Positions 1 through 35,012 of a stretch of 64,000 nt of DNA are shown piece after piece; positions within the stretch are counted from its first letter, which is position 1, and the number at the start of each line of letters is the position of its first letter. The translations under genes were made by a program, and so were the position numbers. The notes beneath the pieces are model-generated. The model was not told the DNA's origin. It saw only the letters and a list, made by a program, of their open reading frames with translations, and ran no database searches. The stretch lies in NCBI RefSeq assembly GCF_009914755.1, contig NC_060925.1. One strand, given 5' to 3'. Source of the DNA: the human T2T-CHM13v2.0 reference genome, Homo sapiens.

Positions 1-297
1 GGACTATAGGCGCCCACCACCTGGCTAATTTTTGTACTTTTTAGTAGAGACAGGGTTTCGCCGTGTTGGCCAGGCTGGTCTCAAATTCCTGACCTCAGGT
101 GATCCGCCCACCTCGGCCTCCCAAAATGCTGGGATTACAGGCAAGAGCGACTGCGCCCGGCTAATTTTTCTATTTTTAGTAGAGATGGGTGTTCACTATG
201 TTGGCCAGGCTGGTCTTAAACTCCTGACCTCAGGTGATCCACCCACCTCGGCCTCCCAAATTGCTGGGATTACAGGCACAAGCCACTGCACCCGGCC
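1..297 (-). mobile_element. Alu with a duplicated left monomer
   Basis: Two consecutive left-arm copies (about 30-160 and 160-297). Confidence 0.8.
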
Positions 298-299
298 CC

Positions 300-707
300 T
301 GATACAGTTTGGATGTGCGCCCTGCCCACATCTCACGCTGGAATGTAATCACCAATATTGGTGGTGAGACCTGGTGGGAGGTGACTGGACCATGGGGGTG
401 GTTTTCTCTTAAGCAGTTTAGCACCATCCCCCGATGCTGTCGTTGCCATAGTGAGTGAGTTCTGTTGAGATCTGGTGCTTTAAAAAGTGTATGGCACTTC
501 GTCCTTCTCCTTCTTGCTCCTGCTCTAGCCCTGTAACCAGTATACTCCCCATGACTGTAAGTTTCCTGAAGCCTCCCCAGAAGCCTAGGAGATGCCAGCA
601 TCATGCTTACTATACAGCCTGCAGGACCATGAACGAATTAAACCTCTTTTCTTTATAAATTACCCAGTCTCAGGTATTTATAGCAATGTGAGAACAAATT
701 AGTATAA
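300..707 (+). mobile_element. MaLR solo LTR, MST family (MSTA/MSTB-like)
   Basis: Begins tgatacagtttggatgtg..., contains ggtgggaggtgactggaccatggggg, and ends taaacctcttttctttataaattacccagtctcaggtatt... Confidence 0.85.
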
Positions 708-714
708 TGCCTTA

Positions 715-1010
<296 letters not shown>

Positions 1011-1024
1011 TATATATATATATA

Positions 1025-1567
1025 TGTTGGGAACAGGCCCCCCAAAATCTGGCCATAAACTGGCCCCAAAACTGGCCATAAACAAAATCTCTTCAGCACT
1101 GTGACATGTTCATGATGGCCATGACACCCACGCTGGAAGGCTGTGGGTTTACCAGAATAAGGGCAAGAAACACCTGGCCCACCCAGGCTGGAAAACCGCT
1201 TAAAGGCGTTCTTAAACCACAAACAACAGCATGAGCGATCTGTGCCTTAAGGACATGCTCCTGCTGCAGGTAACTGGCCAAACCCATCCCTTTATTTCGG
1301 CCCATCCCTTTGTTTCCCATAAGAGATACTTTTAGTTAATCCCGTTTCCCATAAGGGATACTTTTAGTTAATCTAATATCTATAGAAACAATGCTAATGA
1401 CTGGCTTGCTGTTAATAAATACGCGGGTAAATCTCTGTTCGGGGCTCTCAGCTCTGAAGGCTGTGAGACCCGATTTCCCACTTCACACCTCTATATTTCT
1501 GTGTGTGTGTCTTTAATTCCTCTAGCGCCACTGGGTTAGGGTCTCCCCGACCGAGCTGGTCTCGGCA
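1025..1567 (+). mobile_element. MER9 (HERV-K9/HML-3) solo LTR
   Basis: TG...CA termini (tgttgggaacaggcccccc ... gagctggtctcggca), AATAAA at 1414-1419, flanked on both sides by tatata (consistent with a 6-bp TSD). Family assigned from recall of the consensus. Confidence 0.82.
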
Positions 1568-1826
1568 TATATATATATACAATGCTTTAGAGAAATTAGT
1601 GTCCATATCCACCAGTGGACATTAGAGGAATATTAAAAGCAGTTTTTTTGGGCAATAACCTCAAGTTGAAAATAATCCAAGAGTAAAATCGAAGAACTGT
1701 ATTACACACAAACAATGAAACAACACATTAAAACTACAGCAACATGCATTAACATACATAATTTAACATGACTATGTTGAGCAAAAAAAGGTGAGACACA
1801 ATAGTATATGTCCTCTGTAATTAATT

Positions 1827-5515
<3,689 letters not shown>

Positions 5516-5688
5516 TGAAAGCCTTTTCTTGAAGCACATTTTAAAGATGACCCTTCCTAACATAAATGGTCAAGATGTCTCAAACTACAGTAAAGGCAGA
5601 AATCATCCTCCTTGTCAGTGTTTTAAAGCTTCAATAATTAAACTGCTATGACAGAGATACCAAAATAGACTGATAGAAAGGAATATAA

Positions 5689-7086
<1,398 letters not shown>

Positions 7087-7132
7087 TTGAAAAGACCCTA
7101 AGATCTAACAGTATATAAGAATTTAGGATGGT

Positions 7133-8630
<1,498 letters not shown>

Positions 8631-8640
8631 AAGAATGGTT

Positions 8641-10300
<1,660 letters not shown>

Positions 10301-10413
10301 ATCACAGAGCTCATACATCTCTATATTGGATAAAATACATAATCTTTCTGGGCCTTGATTTCCTTTGTCTGTAAAGTGAGTGGGTTCAGAGTGGATGGTT
10401 ACTTGCCCTTTGC

Positions 10414-10707
10414 TTCTTTTGTGTTTGTTTTTGAGACAGGGTCTCGCTCTGTCGCCCAGGTTGGAGTGCAGCGGTGCAATCTTGGCTCACTGCAGCCTCC
10501 TGGATTCAAGCAATTCTCCCTCCTCAGCCTCCTGAGTAGCTGGGATTACAGGAATGCGCTGCCACATCTAGCTAATTTTTATATTTTTAGTAGAGAAAGG
10601 GTTTACCATGTTGGCCAGGCTGGTCTTGAACTCCTCACCTCAAGTGATCCATCCACCTCGGCCTCCCAAAGTGCTGGGATTACAGGTGTGAGCCACTGCA
10701 CCTAGCC
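10414..10707 (-). mobile_element. Alu about 180 nt downstream (in transcript direction) of exon 5
   Basis: Antisense Alu dimer. Confidence 0.92.
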
Positions 10708-10886
10708 TCTCTGATTCTTAATTATAACTTGTAAAAGCAATACATAAGAACAGTTTTTGAAAAGAAATGGTCTCATATAGTAAAAAATGAAAGGTTATAA
10801 GATGAAATAATTCAGCTATAGAGTTACATTACAGTTTTTCAAAGCTAGTTTCCTCTACTCAGATAATATGTTAAATGAGGAATTAC

Positions 10887-11628
10887 CTTTTATTATTCTC
10901 TTGCTCTTCTTCCTCTGGTAATGGCTTCTGCTTTTTTCTGGTCTGTTCTTCCAATAGCCAACCTTTTCTCTTCAACCCCTTTTTATGTTCTGGGTTCAGA
11001 TTTACACTCTGAACAACAGCCTCAATTACATCTGTAACTGTGTCAGGACTGAGGTGCAGTGCTGCTCCTTCCTCGTCTCTGTTCAATTCTGGGTTGACAA
11101 ACTGAGCAGCCTGGAATGCTTGCATTGATACGACAGCCTGAAGGGGACATTTCCGAGGTCGACCTGGCCTACGTTTCACAAAGTTATTCCCTGTCCTGGC
11201 CTGCCTTTGAAGTTTTTTGGCTTTTAAGATTTTATTGACATGGTCTAGGTTTTTCTTTGTGGCCAAGATTTTGTCGTAATTGCACATTTTCCGAGCTTGG
11301 CGTTGCATAGCTTCCACTACACTTCTCTTGATATGATGGGGGGAACAGCTGCTTGTCAACTTTTCAGATAGGAGTGAGATGCTATTATTGCAAGAGTCAC
11401 TTGCGACTGCAGGCACTAAAAGGCTGTCTGGTTTTCCCAGGGTTCGGTCCTTGCTGTGGCTACGGCCTGGACTGGAAGAAGGTGGTGCAGAGGCAGTTGC
11501 AATCACAGCATCAATACTTTTCTCCATGGGCTCTTGGTCCTCATTTTGTACCATCCGCTGCAGCAGACTATCCACAGAGTCATCCCCAGAAGCAACTAAT
11601 CTTGGACTTCGAGAGGGAACTCCGTTTA
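10887..11628 (-). CDS. ASH1L: ASH1L exon 5, 742 nt: [10 protein letters not shown]...KRRPGRPRK (AT-hook)...EQENNK
   Basis: ORF 10883-11659. Acceptor ttattgtctctttcag|TAAACG at 11628 and donor AATAAAAG|gtaatt at 10887 (phase 1 in, phase 2 out). Confidence 0.96.
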
Positions 11629-11978
11629 CTGAAAGAGACAATAAATCACACATAGACAAAATTGGACACGGCTAGTTATTTAAATAAGTTTTTACACAGA
11701 TAAAAGGGAGTACTACTCTATTTTCCATAGCAAGATTACACATCATAGGTAAATTGATGGTTTACTTTCCTGAAAAAGGTTATTACAACAAGATAAAACC
11801 AAAGTTGGCCTATATTTCTCTAATAATATGTAAATTTAAAAAGAACAACTCTCACTTTGAGGTAAGGATTAGAAAGAAAAAAATTTAATTCTTCAAAAAT
11901 GAAGGTCAAAAATAAAAAATAAATAAAAAATAAATTAAGGTCCAGTTAAGCTAAGGGACTTAAATGTTGGATAAAGAG

Positions 11979-12880
11979 TGGGCACAGTGGCTCATGTCTG
12001 TAATCCCAGTATTCTGGGAGGCCAAGGCAGGAGGAATGCCTGAGCTAAGGAATTCGAGATCAACCTAAGGAACATAGCAAGAAGATGTCTCTACAAACAA
12101 TATAAAAAAATTAGCCAGGCATGCTGGCTGAAACCTATGGTCACAGCTATTTATGAGGCTAAGTTGGGAAGACTGCTTGAGCCTGGGAGGTCGAGGCTGC
12201 AGTGAGTCACTGCACTCTAATCAGGACGACAGAGCGAGACCCTGTCTCAAAAAATACTAATAATTTAAAAATCAGTTCAAAATAAGTCACTTCCCATGCT
12301 GCCTAGTTTACTACTATTATTCATGGGTCATACTTCTCCAAAGTTAATTAATGGATTTCTTATCTATATGACTTTTAAATGTGATAACTATACTAGATAT
12401 TCCTTTATTAGCCTCAGGCATTCTAGATTCCAATATCATCAGACTGTGGAATTTTTCTCAAATTACCAATAACTTTCTTCAAATAATATCCAATAGCCTT
12501 GTCTAAATTTTTAAGACTTTTTTTTTTATTTTATCATCAACTCTGGCCTATAGACCCTTGTCTCAATTTGATATTTAAACATTTTCAGGCCAGGAACGGT
12601 GGCTCACACTGGTACTCTCAGCATTTTGGGAGGCCGAGGTGGAAGGATCACTTGATGCCAGGAGTTCGAGACTAGCCTGGGCAACGTACTGAGACCCTGT
12701 CTCAACAAAAAATAAAAATTAGCCCAGTGTGGTTTCCTGTACCCGTAGTCCTATCTACTCAGGAGGCTGAGGCGGGTGGATTGTTTGAGCCATGGAGTTT
12801 GAGGCTGCAGTGAGCTATGATCACGCCACTGCATTCCAGCCTGGATGACAGAGCAAGACCCTGTCTCTAGAAAAATAATA
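11979..12880 (+). mobile_element. Two AluJ-like elements (11979-12255, 12588-12880) upstream (in transcript direction) of exon 5
   Basis: Diverged plus-strand Alu dimers. Confidence 0.88.
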
Positions 12881-13687
12881 AAATTTAAAAAAAGGAAAAA
12901 ATTTCAAACTCTCAGCTATATTTGATTTCATAATTCTTTAAAATCCTGCCTACACTATTTCTATAATATCCTTTGATTAACTTTCAATTACTTGCAACTC
13001 CATTAAATTTAACTGCGGAGGTCCTCAATACAGAGTACTTGTTATTTACCTTTTATACTTACTTTCCCACTGGGAACATGTTTATTCTCATAGTCTCAAT
13101 TATCATCAGTATGTAAGTGACTTCTAAATATTCATACCAATCTTCAGTTTTATCTGAAAATTACCAAAACGAAAAATGACCCCTTCCTTTTCTCCAACCT
13201 TTAAATGCTATAGTTTTTAAAAACTTTCTAGCCTGAGCTTTTTTCCTGTCTGACTCTCTATTCTCTCTTTAGCAATTCTTTTAACTATCATCTATATTCT
13301 GATGACTACTGAATTTCTATTTTCTGAATAGACCTTTCTTCTAATTGTCTACTTTTGCATGTTTCACAGATTTCTCAAACTCATATTCACATCTCATTTC
13401 ATTTTCGCTCCCTTCAAACTAGCTCCTCCATCCAGATTCCCTACATCAGTGAATGATACCATAAAGCTAACATTATGTATACTGACCATCCATCGTGTGG
13501 CAGGACGTTGGTTATCTAAGCTCAGGCCACATCATTTATTCTGGCTCCTTCACCCTCCCCACAAATCATAAAATTCTGTCTTCTGTTAGTTTAAACTCTT
13601 GAACCTGTCCACTTTCCTTTCTTCTACTACAGCCATCAAGACTAAGATAATGTTATCTCCCTGCCCTGAAGCAATAGTGTAATTCCT

Positions 13688-14781
<1,094 letters not shown>

Positions 14782-14928
14782 TTGTTCTTCCTGCTTCTAC
14801 TTTCACCATCCTCCAACTCATTCTTTAGACAGCAGCCTGAGTGATCTTTAAAAAAAAAACACAAAGGCCCGGCAAGGTGGCTTACGCCTGTAATCCCAGC
14901 ACTTTGGGAGGCTGAGGTGGGCGGATCA

Positions 14929-15163
<235 letters not shown>

Positions 15164-15989
15164 TCAAAAAAAAAAAACCTCACAAATTTTATCAGGTTTC
15201 AGCTTCTGCTTACAACTCTTAAAAAGGCTCTTACCACATAAAACAACTTCAAAATTATTATTACCTTTTCTTCTAGCATCAATCTCATATTATCTTAGAC
15301 CCTAATTCTAGTAATAATAAACTTCAGTTCCTTAAACTCATCATGTTTTTTCTTGATTCAAGGCCTTTGAGTCTGCCTTTCTCTCTACCTGGAACAATCT
15401 TTCTCCACAAATTCATCTGCTTAATGACTATTCATTCTTTAGTTTACAGTGAGGACATAATTTCCTGAAAGGTTATTTACCTGACCAGGAAGCACCCTCT
15501 TCATTCTTAATTTAGGTCCCCTATTAAGAATTATCCTAATACTTTCTCCTTTCCTAACACTAATCACACTTCAAATTAGTGGTTTAATGTATGTAATTCT
15601 CAAACAATGTTTGGTCCATTAACGCGGTGACTATATTCACCAAAATCACTTTTTATCTCCAATGACCAGGACATAATTCATTAACACGTAGTTGAAGAAT
15701 GAATCCTGGGATCAAAATCTTGGAATTATTTTTATCTCCTCTATCCCTTCATCAACTACTCAGAGCTACCAATGCATTTAATCCATGAATATCAGTTTAA
15801 AAGAGAATCCTAAAATGGGTACACACTTTTGAAGCCTCCTTCCTGGGCCATTCACCTAGAGCTATTAATACCTCACACTTCATTTTTGAATTGTTCCTAT
15901 CTTCACAAATTCTGGCCTGCCAATTTATGTTTCTTGGTAGTCTAGGACATGATGCTGCACACTATATTTTAGATGTAACTTATTTTCAA

Positions 15990-25620
<9,631 letters not shown>

Positions 25621-25628
25621 TGTGGCTA

Positions 25629-27365
<1,737 letters not shown>

Positions 27366-29399
27366 TCACTAGCATATTTTATTGTTGCTCTCAAGATAAA
27401 TTGATCTTAACATAAGTTCCTTGGTATTATGGAATGTCTCTTATAGTCTTTTGGCTTAAAATAGTAGTTGAATTTGGTAGCCTGAATATAATAGTTGCTC
27501 AGTAATAAAATTATAAAAGAACTACCTCTCTCATCAATGTAACAATATTTGTAAACCAGCTATAAAAAGACGAAATGATTCTGTGAAACACTATTGAAGG
27601 GATTTATGTTCTCTAGAATGTGAAAATTACCATGGATTTGTGTCCTAATTATAAAAATCTTCAGTTATGTCAAATACCTGAGAAATGAGCAAAGAGACAT
27701 AAATATCTTAAAAGCTACAAATATTTAAAAAAAGACCTCTAAGAGAGATGTAAACTTTAACAGAGTATTTGCAAATACTCATTTCAGAAATGAAAATAGT
27801 TATCCTCATATTACATCCTAAAGACCTAATAAGATATTAAAAACCTCCAGAAAAGGCTTAGATTGTACTCATCAATAATAATTTTGTTACTATGGGTTCC
27901 TGATATGCATAATAAAGACTACAGATTTCAGTAAAATCATATACTGTTAGTATATTATCCCTTTGGATTTATCTCAAAAACAGGAATTTAGTTCAAGGAT
28001 GGGCCTTGAGGCATCTTATCCAAAATACAAATTGCTTTTTGTTTCTACAGTTGTTTACATACCTCAGTTTACTAAACAGATGGTTTCTAGAGGTATGGTA
28101 TTCCTTTGACTATACCTAGAAGGTTAGGACATGATTCTGGTTTATTTCTTTGCCTTTAAATTGCAAAATAAAGGCTGTCATTCCCTGTGTTGCTACAATA
28201 TATGAGAAAGCTAGGTCAACCAAAATTGTGAATACAGTGATTTTGAAAGCTCAGGTTTATATTTAATGGCAATTCTCTAGAGTATTTGCATTTGGCTCTG
28301 CAATGCAACTGGGAACATTACAAACCTATGACAAATTTTATTTTAACTTTTTTCTGGGTCTGACAAACAATATAAATCTGTAGGAGAGGCAGAGAATTAG
28401 TAAGAGCTTGTGGTCAGGAACTCCTTTTTCTTCCTCCTTCCAAAGCCAAAACTAAAACAAGAAACTGTCCTTTTCTATGATAGGTTTATTTCTATTTTCC
28501 CGTACATTGTTAAGTGTCACCTTTTGGGGGTTCCAACTTTATGCATATGTGGTTTTTTGTTCTACTAGAGTCCTAGGCTCTGTCTTTTGTCTCTTCCAGC
28601 TGGATGTGTTCCAATTACCAGACTCCCAGCCACCAGGGATCAAGCAGATGTCAAGCAGCTCTAATGCTCTTTATCTCTGTTGAATTGAACTTTCTGAAGT
28701 TTCTGGTTTCCTATTTAGTTACTTCAAAGTTCAGTCATACTGTAAGAAATGTTGTCCATGTATTTTCAGGTTTTAGATAACAAGGTGTTTGCTTGCTCTG
28801 CACACCTAATCTACCACATTGCTGGAAATAAAGAGCTCTAATTTATTTCAATGCCACCTGAATTTTAAGTCTCCTTTCCCTCTTTCAAGCTCCAAACTTT
28901 CACATTCTCAGACTATTTTTTCTTATTTTCTCAATCATTTGACACTTTCTGATCGAACTCTTCTTGATCTCTTTGTGACATCTAATGTTGACTAATCTAT
29001 TCCATTCTGAAGTCTTGTTTAGGCTTCTGTGACATATACAGTTTGATGTTTCTTATTTAAGTGTCCTTCACTAAACATCTTTTCTTCCACTTCCCTCCAA
29101 AATGCTCGAGTTTCTTAGGTCTCCGTCCCCATCACCTCACTTAACACATTCTCCCTGGATGATCTCTTTCACTGCCAAATTCAAGTTCATATATATACTG
29201 GTAGATCTCTACCACAGATGTCTCTAAAAGTATAAACCACTGCTTCTAACGGTCTATTCAATATCTCTACCTAAATAGGCCAAAGACAGTCCAAATTTAA
29301 TATATCCAAATCTGAAGCCCTTATCTACTCTGTCTGCATGCATTTGTCACACTCCATTCTTCATATTGTAATGTTATAGCATTTTTTAACATACACATA

Positions 29400-29770
29400 T
29401 GATAGACTATAATATTACTTACAAATATTTGCTATCCACCCCCCACCGCCAAAAGGATTATACTTTCTAGTCCCATTGACACAAGACTTAACCACATGAC
29501 TTGCTTTGGCACTGAAACTGAGAAGTAACATTTAATGCAGAAATTTTAATAGCCACTTAGTGCTTTACTATGGCCCTTTCCCCTCCGCCAGAAGACAAGC
29601 AACATTCAAGGTACAGGTTCTCTGTTAGCCGGGGTCCTAGAGGGAAGGCAACATGGAGTGGACTCTTGATGGTCACACAGCATGAACAAAAAATAAGCCT
29701 TTGTTGTTTTAAGCCTCTGAGATTTGGGGATCATTTTTTAACACTCCAAGACCTATCCTATTCTTACTGA
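29400..29770 (+). mobile_element. Old MLT1 (I/J-like) LTR within L2-like sequence
   Basis: ccacatgacttgctttggc ... aaaataagcctttgttgttttaagcctctgagatttgggg. Confidence 0.6.
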
Positions 29771-30447
29771 TAGAGCATATCAAATAATTTATCTTCCTTG
29801 TTAGAAATTGTTCAGTAGCTCCCAATTGCATGTACAATGAAGTTCCAACTCCTCTGAATGAAAAAAACATACCATATATGATATAGTCCCCATTATTGCT
29901 TTTACAACCTCCTTTTCCAACCACCATCACCACCACTTATGTACATTAGTCATATCCAACAATGGGTTATTCTTCAAAAACACTATGCTATTTCATGGTT
30001 TTGTGCCTTTCTTCGAAAGTGCTGTTGTTACTGTGCTACATTATTACCCTTTATGTTGTCCCACTTGCCTACTTAAGTAAATTCAATATACAGTAGTGTG
30101 CGTGACTTATTCAGTGATATCTTCTTCAGTCATTTCAAGTGGTTAGTGCTTGAATTTCTCTGTGTCATAGCATTTTGTACACTGCTCTGTTACAGAATTT
30201 AATACATTGCTTTTCAGTGAATATGTCTGAATTATTGAGGGCAGTAACTCAATCTTACTCGTATTTGTATTCCCAGTGCTCACTACTCACAGCAACCCTC
30301 AACAGAAATCTAATTCAATGAACAGAATAGTCTCATTGCAAAAGAAACATTATGAATTTAGATATTCTTTCTTTTGTTTACAAAAGTAAAATATTTTGGT
30401 GATTTTCAACATTGATATGTCCCTTATCAAAATCTCATTCATTTGTT

Positions 30448-30649
30448 CAGGGGTTGGTGAACTTTTTCTGTAAAAGGCCAGAGAGTAAATATTTTAGGCT
30501 TTTGAGGACATATATAATGCTTACCTCATATTATACTTCATCTTTTCTCCCCAAGCCTTTAAAAACCTAAAAATAATTCTTAGCTTGAGGGCTACACAAA
30601 AACAGGCCTTGGACTGCATTTGGCCCATAGGCTGAGTTTCCTTACCCTG
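30448..30649. mobile_element. MER58-like hAT-Charlie MITE
   Basis: caggggttggtgaactttttctgtaaaaggccagagagtaaatattttaggc ... accctg, with imperfect TIRs. Confidence 0.75.
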
Positions 30650-30992
30650 GTCTAGGTAAACATCAGAGAAATTAAGTCACTTCTTGTTAGAGTACAAAAG
30701 TCTCTCCATGGTAGTATAAAAACAAAGCACCAAGAGAGATACAACTATCACTTGCTGCCAAGCAGACAACTGGACTAACAAAGAGCTTCTAAAGATAATC
30801 ATCAACTAAATTCAACAAATACCATATTGATACAATTTGAAAGGCCTTCTACTTCTTCAAAGACCTAGAGATAGAAAGGCAGGAGATAATGTCACTTCCT
30901 TGTTTACGTTTCCACAACTTCCAACTGTGTTTAAGGCTCTACATCACTAATTCTCTACTACGTTTCCAGCCTCATATTAAAAAACCATCTTT

Positions 30993-31316
30993 GGCTGGGT
31001 GCGGTGGCTCATGCCTGTAATCCCAGCACTTTTGGAGGCTGAGGCCGGCAGATCATCTGAGGTCAGGAGTTCGAGACCAGCCTGGCCAACATGGCGAATT
31101 TTAGTCTCTACTAAAAATACAAAAATATTAGCCGGGTATCATGGTGGGCACCTGTAATTCCAGCTACTCAGGAGGCTGAGGCAAGAGAATCACTTGAACC
31201 CAGGAGTCAGTGGTTGCAGTGAGCCGAGATTGCACCACTGTACTCCAGCCTGGGCAACAGAGTGGGACTCATCTCAAAACCAACCAACCAACCAACCAAC
31301 CAACCAACCAACCAAC
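30993..31316 (+). mobile_element. AluS with (CAAC)n tail
   Basis: Alu dimer; about 9 CAAC units at 31279-31316. Confidence 0.9.
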
Positions 31317-31716
31317 CGTCTTTAGTCTGACCACACTGGCTTTTTTATTTATTTTCCTGAACACTCTAAATTCTCTTTAATATATTCCTCACTATCTGGA
31401 ATTAATCTATCACTCTCCATCTCTCTCAGTAAAATTAATACATTAAAAAAATTATTTCTTACTCTTCAACCATCAGGAAAAGGCAGAAAACAGGTATAAA
31501 TCATCCTCTCTCTTTTTTTTTTTTTTTTTGGTAAACACACAAACTATCCATAAAAAGAAAATTGGAAGCATACCCTAAATTTCTGTATAAATTATACAAA
31601 TATGTTGTATGTATTAACAGGTTGTAAATATATAAACATTAGCAATTAAGAAGTTTAAAAATAACTATTAATAGAGGTTCTCCTCATGAACTCTTAATTA
31701 TTTTGCATATCCCTAG

Positions 31717-32056
<340 letters not shown>

Positions 32057-32356
32057 TAAGCAATTTTATATGTATCTAAATCTTTATTAAACAGCTACAA
32101 TCCACATTCCCCTATTATTCCCAACACACACTTTTACTTTAATTCAGCTTTGTAAAGGGGAAGACTACTATATTGTTTCAATGTACATTACTGATTCTCA
32201 AATACCAAGTCTATTGTTTCAACTCCTTTGAATGGAAAAATAAAATACCATATATGATACAGTCCCCATTATTTTTTCTACAATATTGTAACTCCTTATT
32301 CACAAATAACAAATGGGAAACTATCTTGAAAATCTGGTAAAACAAATAGCACTAGC

Positions 32357-32458
32357 CTGTTGAAGAAGTACTCTCAGATGAAGACCTTTTCCGGGTAGGG
32401 CTACAATTTGTGCTCTCTGATGGCCGCTGGGAGGGTTTATCAGAGGTTGGCTGGGAGC
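32357..32458 (-). CDS. ASH1L: ASH1L exon 4, 102 nt, symmetric phase 1-1: (G)[33 protein letters not shown]
   Basis: Strong acceptor ctatctttttctctttctccag|GCTCCC. The open frame joins exon 3 (..QTLA G|) to exon 5 (G|TA AAC = VN). The frame-preserving donor is ACAG|gctagt (GC type). Not in the ORF track. Confidence 0.9.
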
Positions 32459-32887
32459 CTGGAGAAAGAGAAAAAGATAGAAATCATAGGAAAATTCAAC
32501 TTTAAAAATAATGTGAAACCATCTTTTGTTAGAACTTGTTACAGTTTAGTTGCTGCCACTGTCATCCCCTGTAATAACATGACTTGTAACCTGATATTAG
32601 GAGGAAAATAAGCAGAGGACAAATCACACTATATGTTGTTGTCAGAATTTCACAGATCTTATATACATAAGTTCTCCTGTTACATTACCAGAGGAAAAAC
32701 TAATTTTAATGGAAGAATAAACAAGATATGATTTAGTTTTCATGTGTTACTAGCCTAAAACATTATTTAAAATATTGATACAAATTACTAACAATATTTT
32801 AACCAAATCTGTTCTGGATTATTGATTAAAATTCATCATATAAACTGACAAAATTTACAATGTAATTTATTAAAAAGTTGATGTGAG

Positions 32888-33187
<300 letters not shown>

Positions 33188-34343
33188 TCAAACCTTAAAC
33201 CCACACATCCTATCCAATTCACAGAAATTATTTTCAGATTCTATGTTTTTCTTCCTTTTGCAAATTCTAGAAAAACTGGTAATTAATTTATCCATGAAAT
33301 ACAGTAAGTTTCTTTTAAAGCTGTACACTTAAGGATCCTTGGCTATATACATAAAAGCTTATGAAGACAAAGAAACTCAATTTCCTTTCAAAAACTTTCA
33401 TGCTTTTAGCAAAACCGCAAATCTATAGAGCATATTACATCTCCCGCTCAAAAGAAAAGTATGTTGTTGATGTAAGATTATTTTCCTGAATAAAATATAC
33501 TTGATTCTTATATTGGATTCTTTATAATCTAAAATGCCAGCTATTAAGAGTTGGTAATGAATGTCTACCTCATGTTTGTCAAAAAACTAGTAATCTGAAA
33601 TGCTTATTGATGGGAAAAAATTACAAATAAAAAAACTTACATGTAACTGGAGCCGCAAAAGGTACAATAAATCAAAAAGTTGAAGATTTTCAAGATCTGC
33701 CTCTAAATGAAAGTTCACTCCTAAAAGAAGATGTGATTAATTCTCTAAGAAAACTTAGGGTCAGAAGAACTGAATGGAGCTAAGTTGCTGTTTCCTTTTC
33801 TCTAAGAGAAATAGACCATGAGCCTTGTTTCAATTAAGTAGTATCTTAAATCACATTGCTGTAAATAGTCTTTTAGCAGGCTATGGGAAGCACTGCTCAG
33901 GTGAGATGTAAGACTATATGCTGTCATTCAAGAGTAACACGTTAAATTTTTTTTTAGAAAATTGATGTGATAGTACATCCTACTTCTGAAACACAATGAT
34001 GACTGATGTAGACCTATTCAAGCAGCAAGATTGTTTATTGTTGAATCTTAACAACAGATACAAGATGGATTTTTATATCTGACAGTATAATAAATCCTCC
34101 TCGAGTGTGGTTCAGATGAGATATTTCCATTAAATAACTGAATGTCGCAATGAAACATCTAAGAAATAAAAAGCCCAGGCATCAGAGAAGACATAACTTT
34201 AAGTATTAATACTGAAAACTTAATATACAGACAGATACATATTTCCTACCCAACACATAGTCAAGACAGAAGACAATAGTGGCCAAGAAGCCTGAGATAA
34301 TAGTCAACTGTATCACCATTCCTGATCATGGATTAAGTACTAA

Positions 34344-34660
<317 letters not shown>

Positions 34661-35012
34661 TAAGAGCACTTTTTATATAGTCTTTTCTCTCAGTAATAAA
34701 CTAACATTTATTAAGTGAGTATAGTTTATATGTTTGGTACTATGCTAGATATTGTGAAGGTAGGGGGAAGACTACAAATGGTGTAATGGTCTCTGCCCTC
34801 AAGGAGCTTACTAATCATCGTGTATATCATCATGCACTACATTTTAGGTGGCACTTGTGCCATCCATTCTTGAGCTCCATCTTCAGTTCTTAGGCTATTT
34901 GGTAGTGTTTCCTGAATTTCTTGGTCATCTTCAAGAAAGTCTTGATGAAGGCTTCAACTGTACCTTTGATAATCAGGATATCCTGAGAATCACCCTGCCT
35001 GGCCTCACCCAC

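Noticed and set aside
11629-11659. [10 protein letters not shown] extension of the exon 5 ORF as an internal start
   Set aside because: This is the polypyrimidine tract and acceptor of exon 5, with no promoter evidence.
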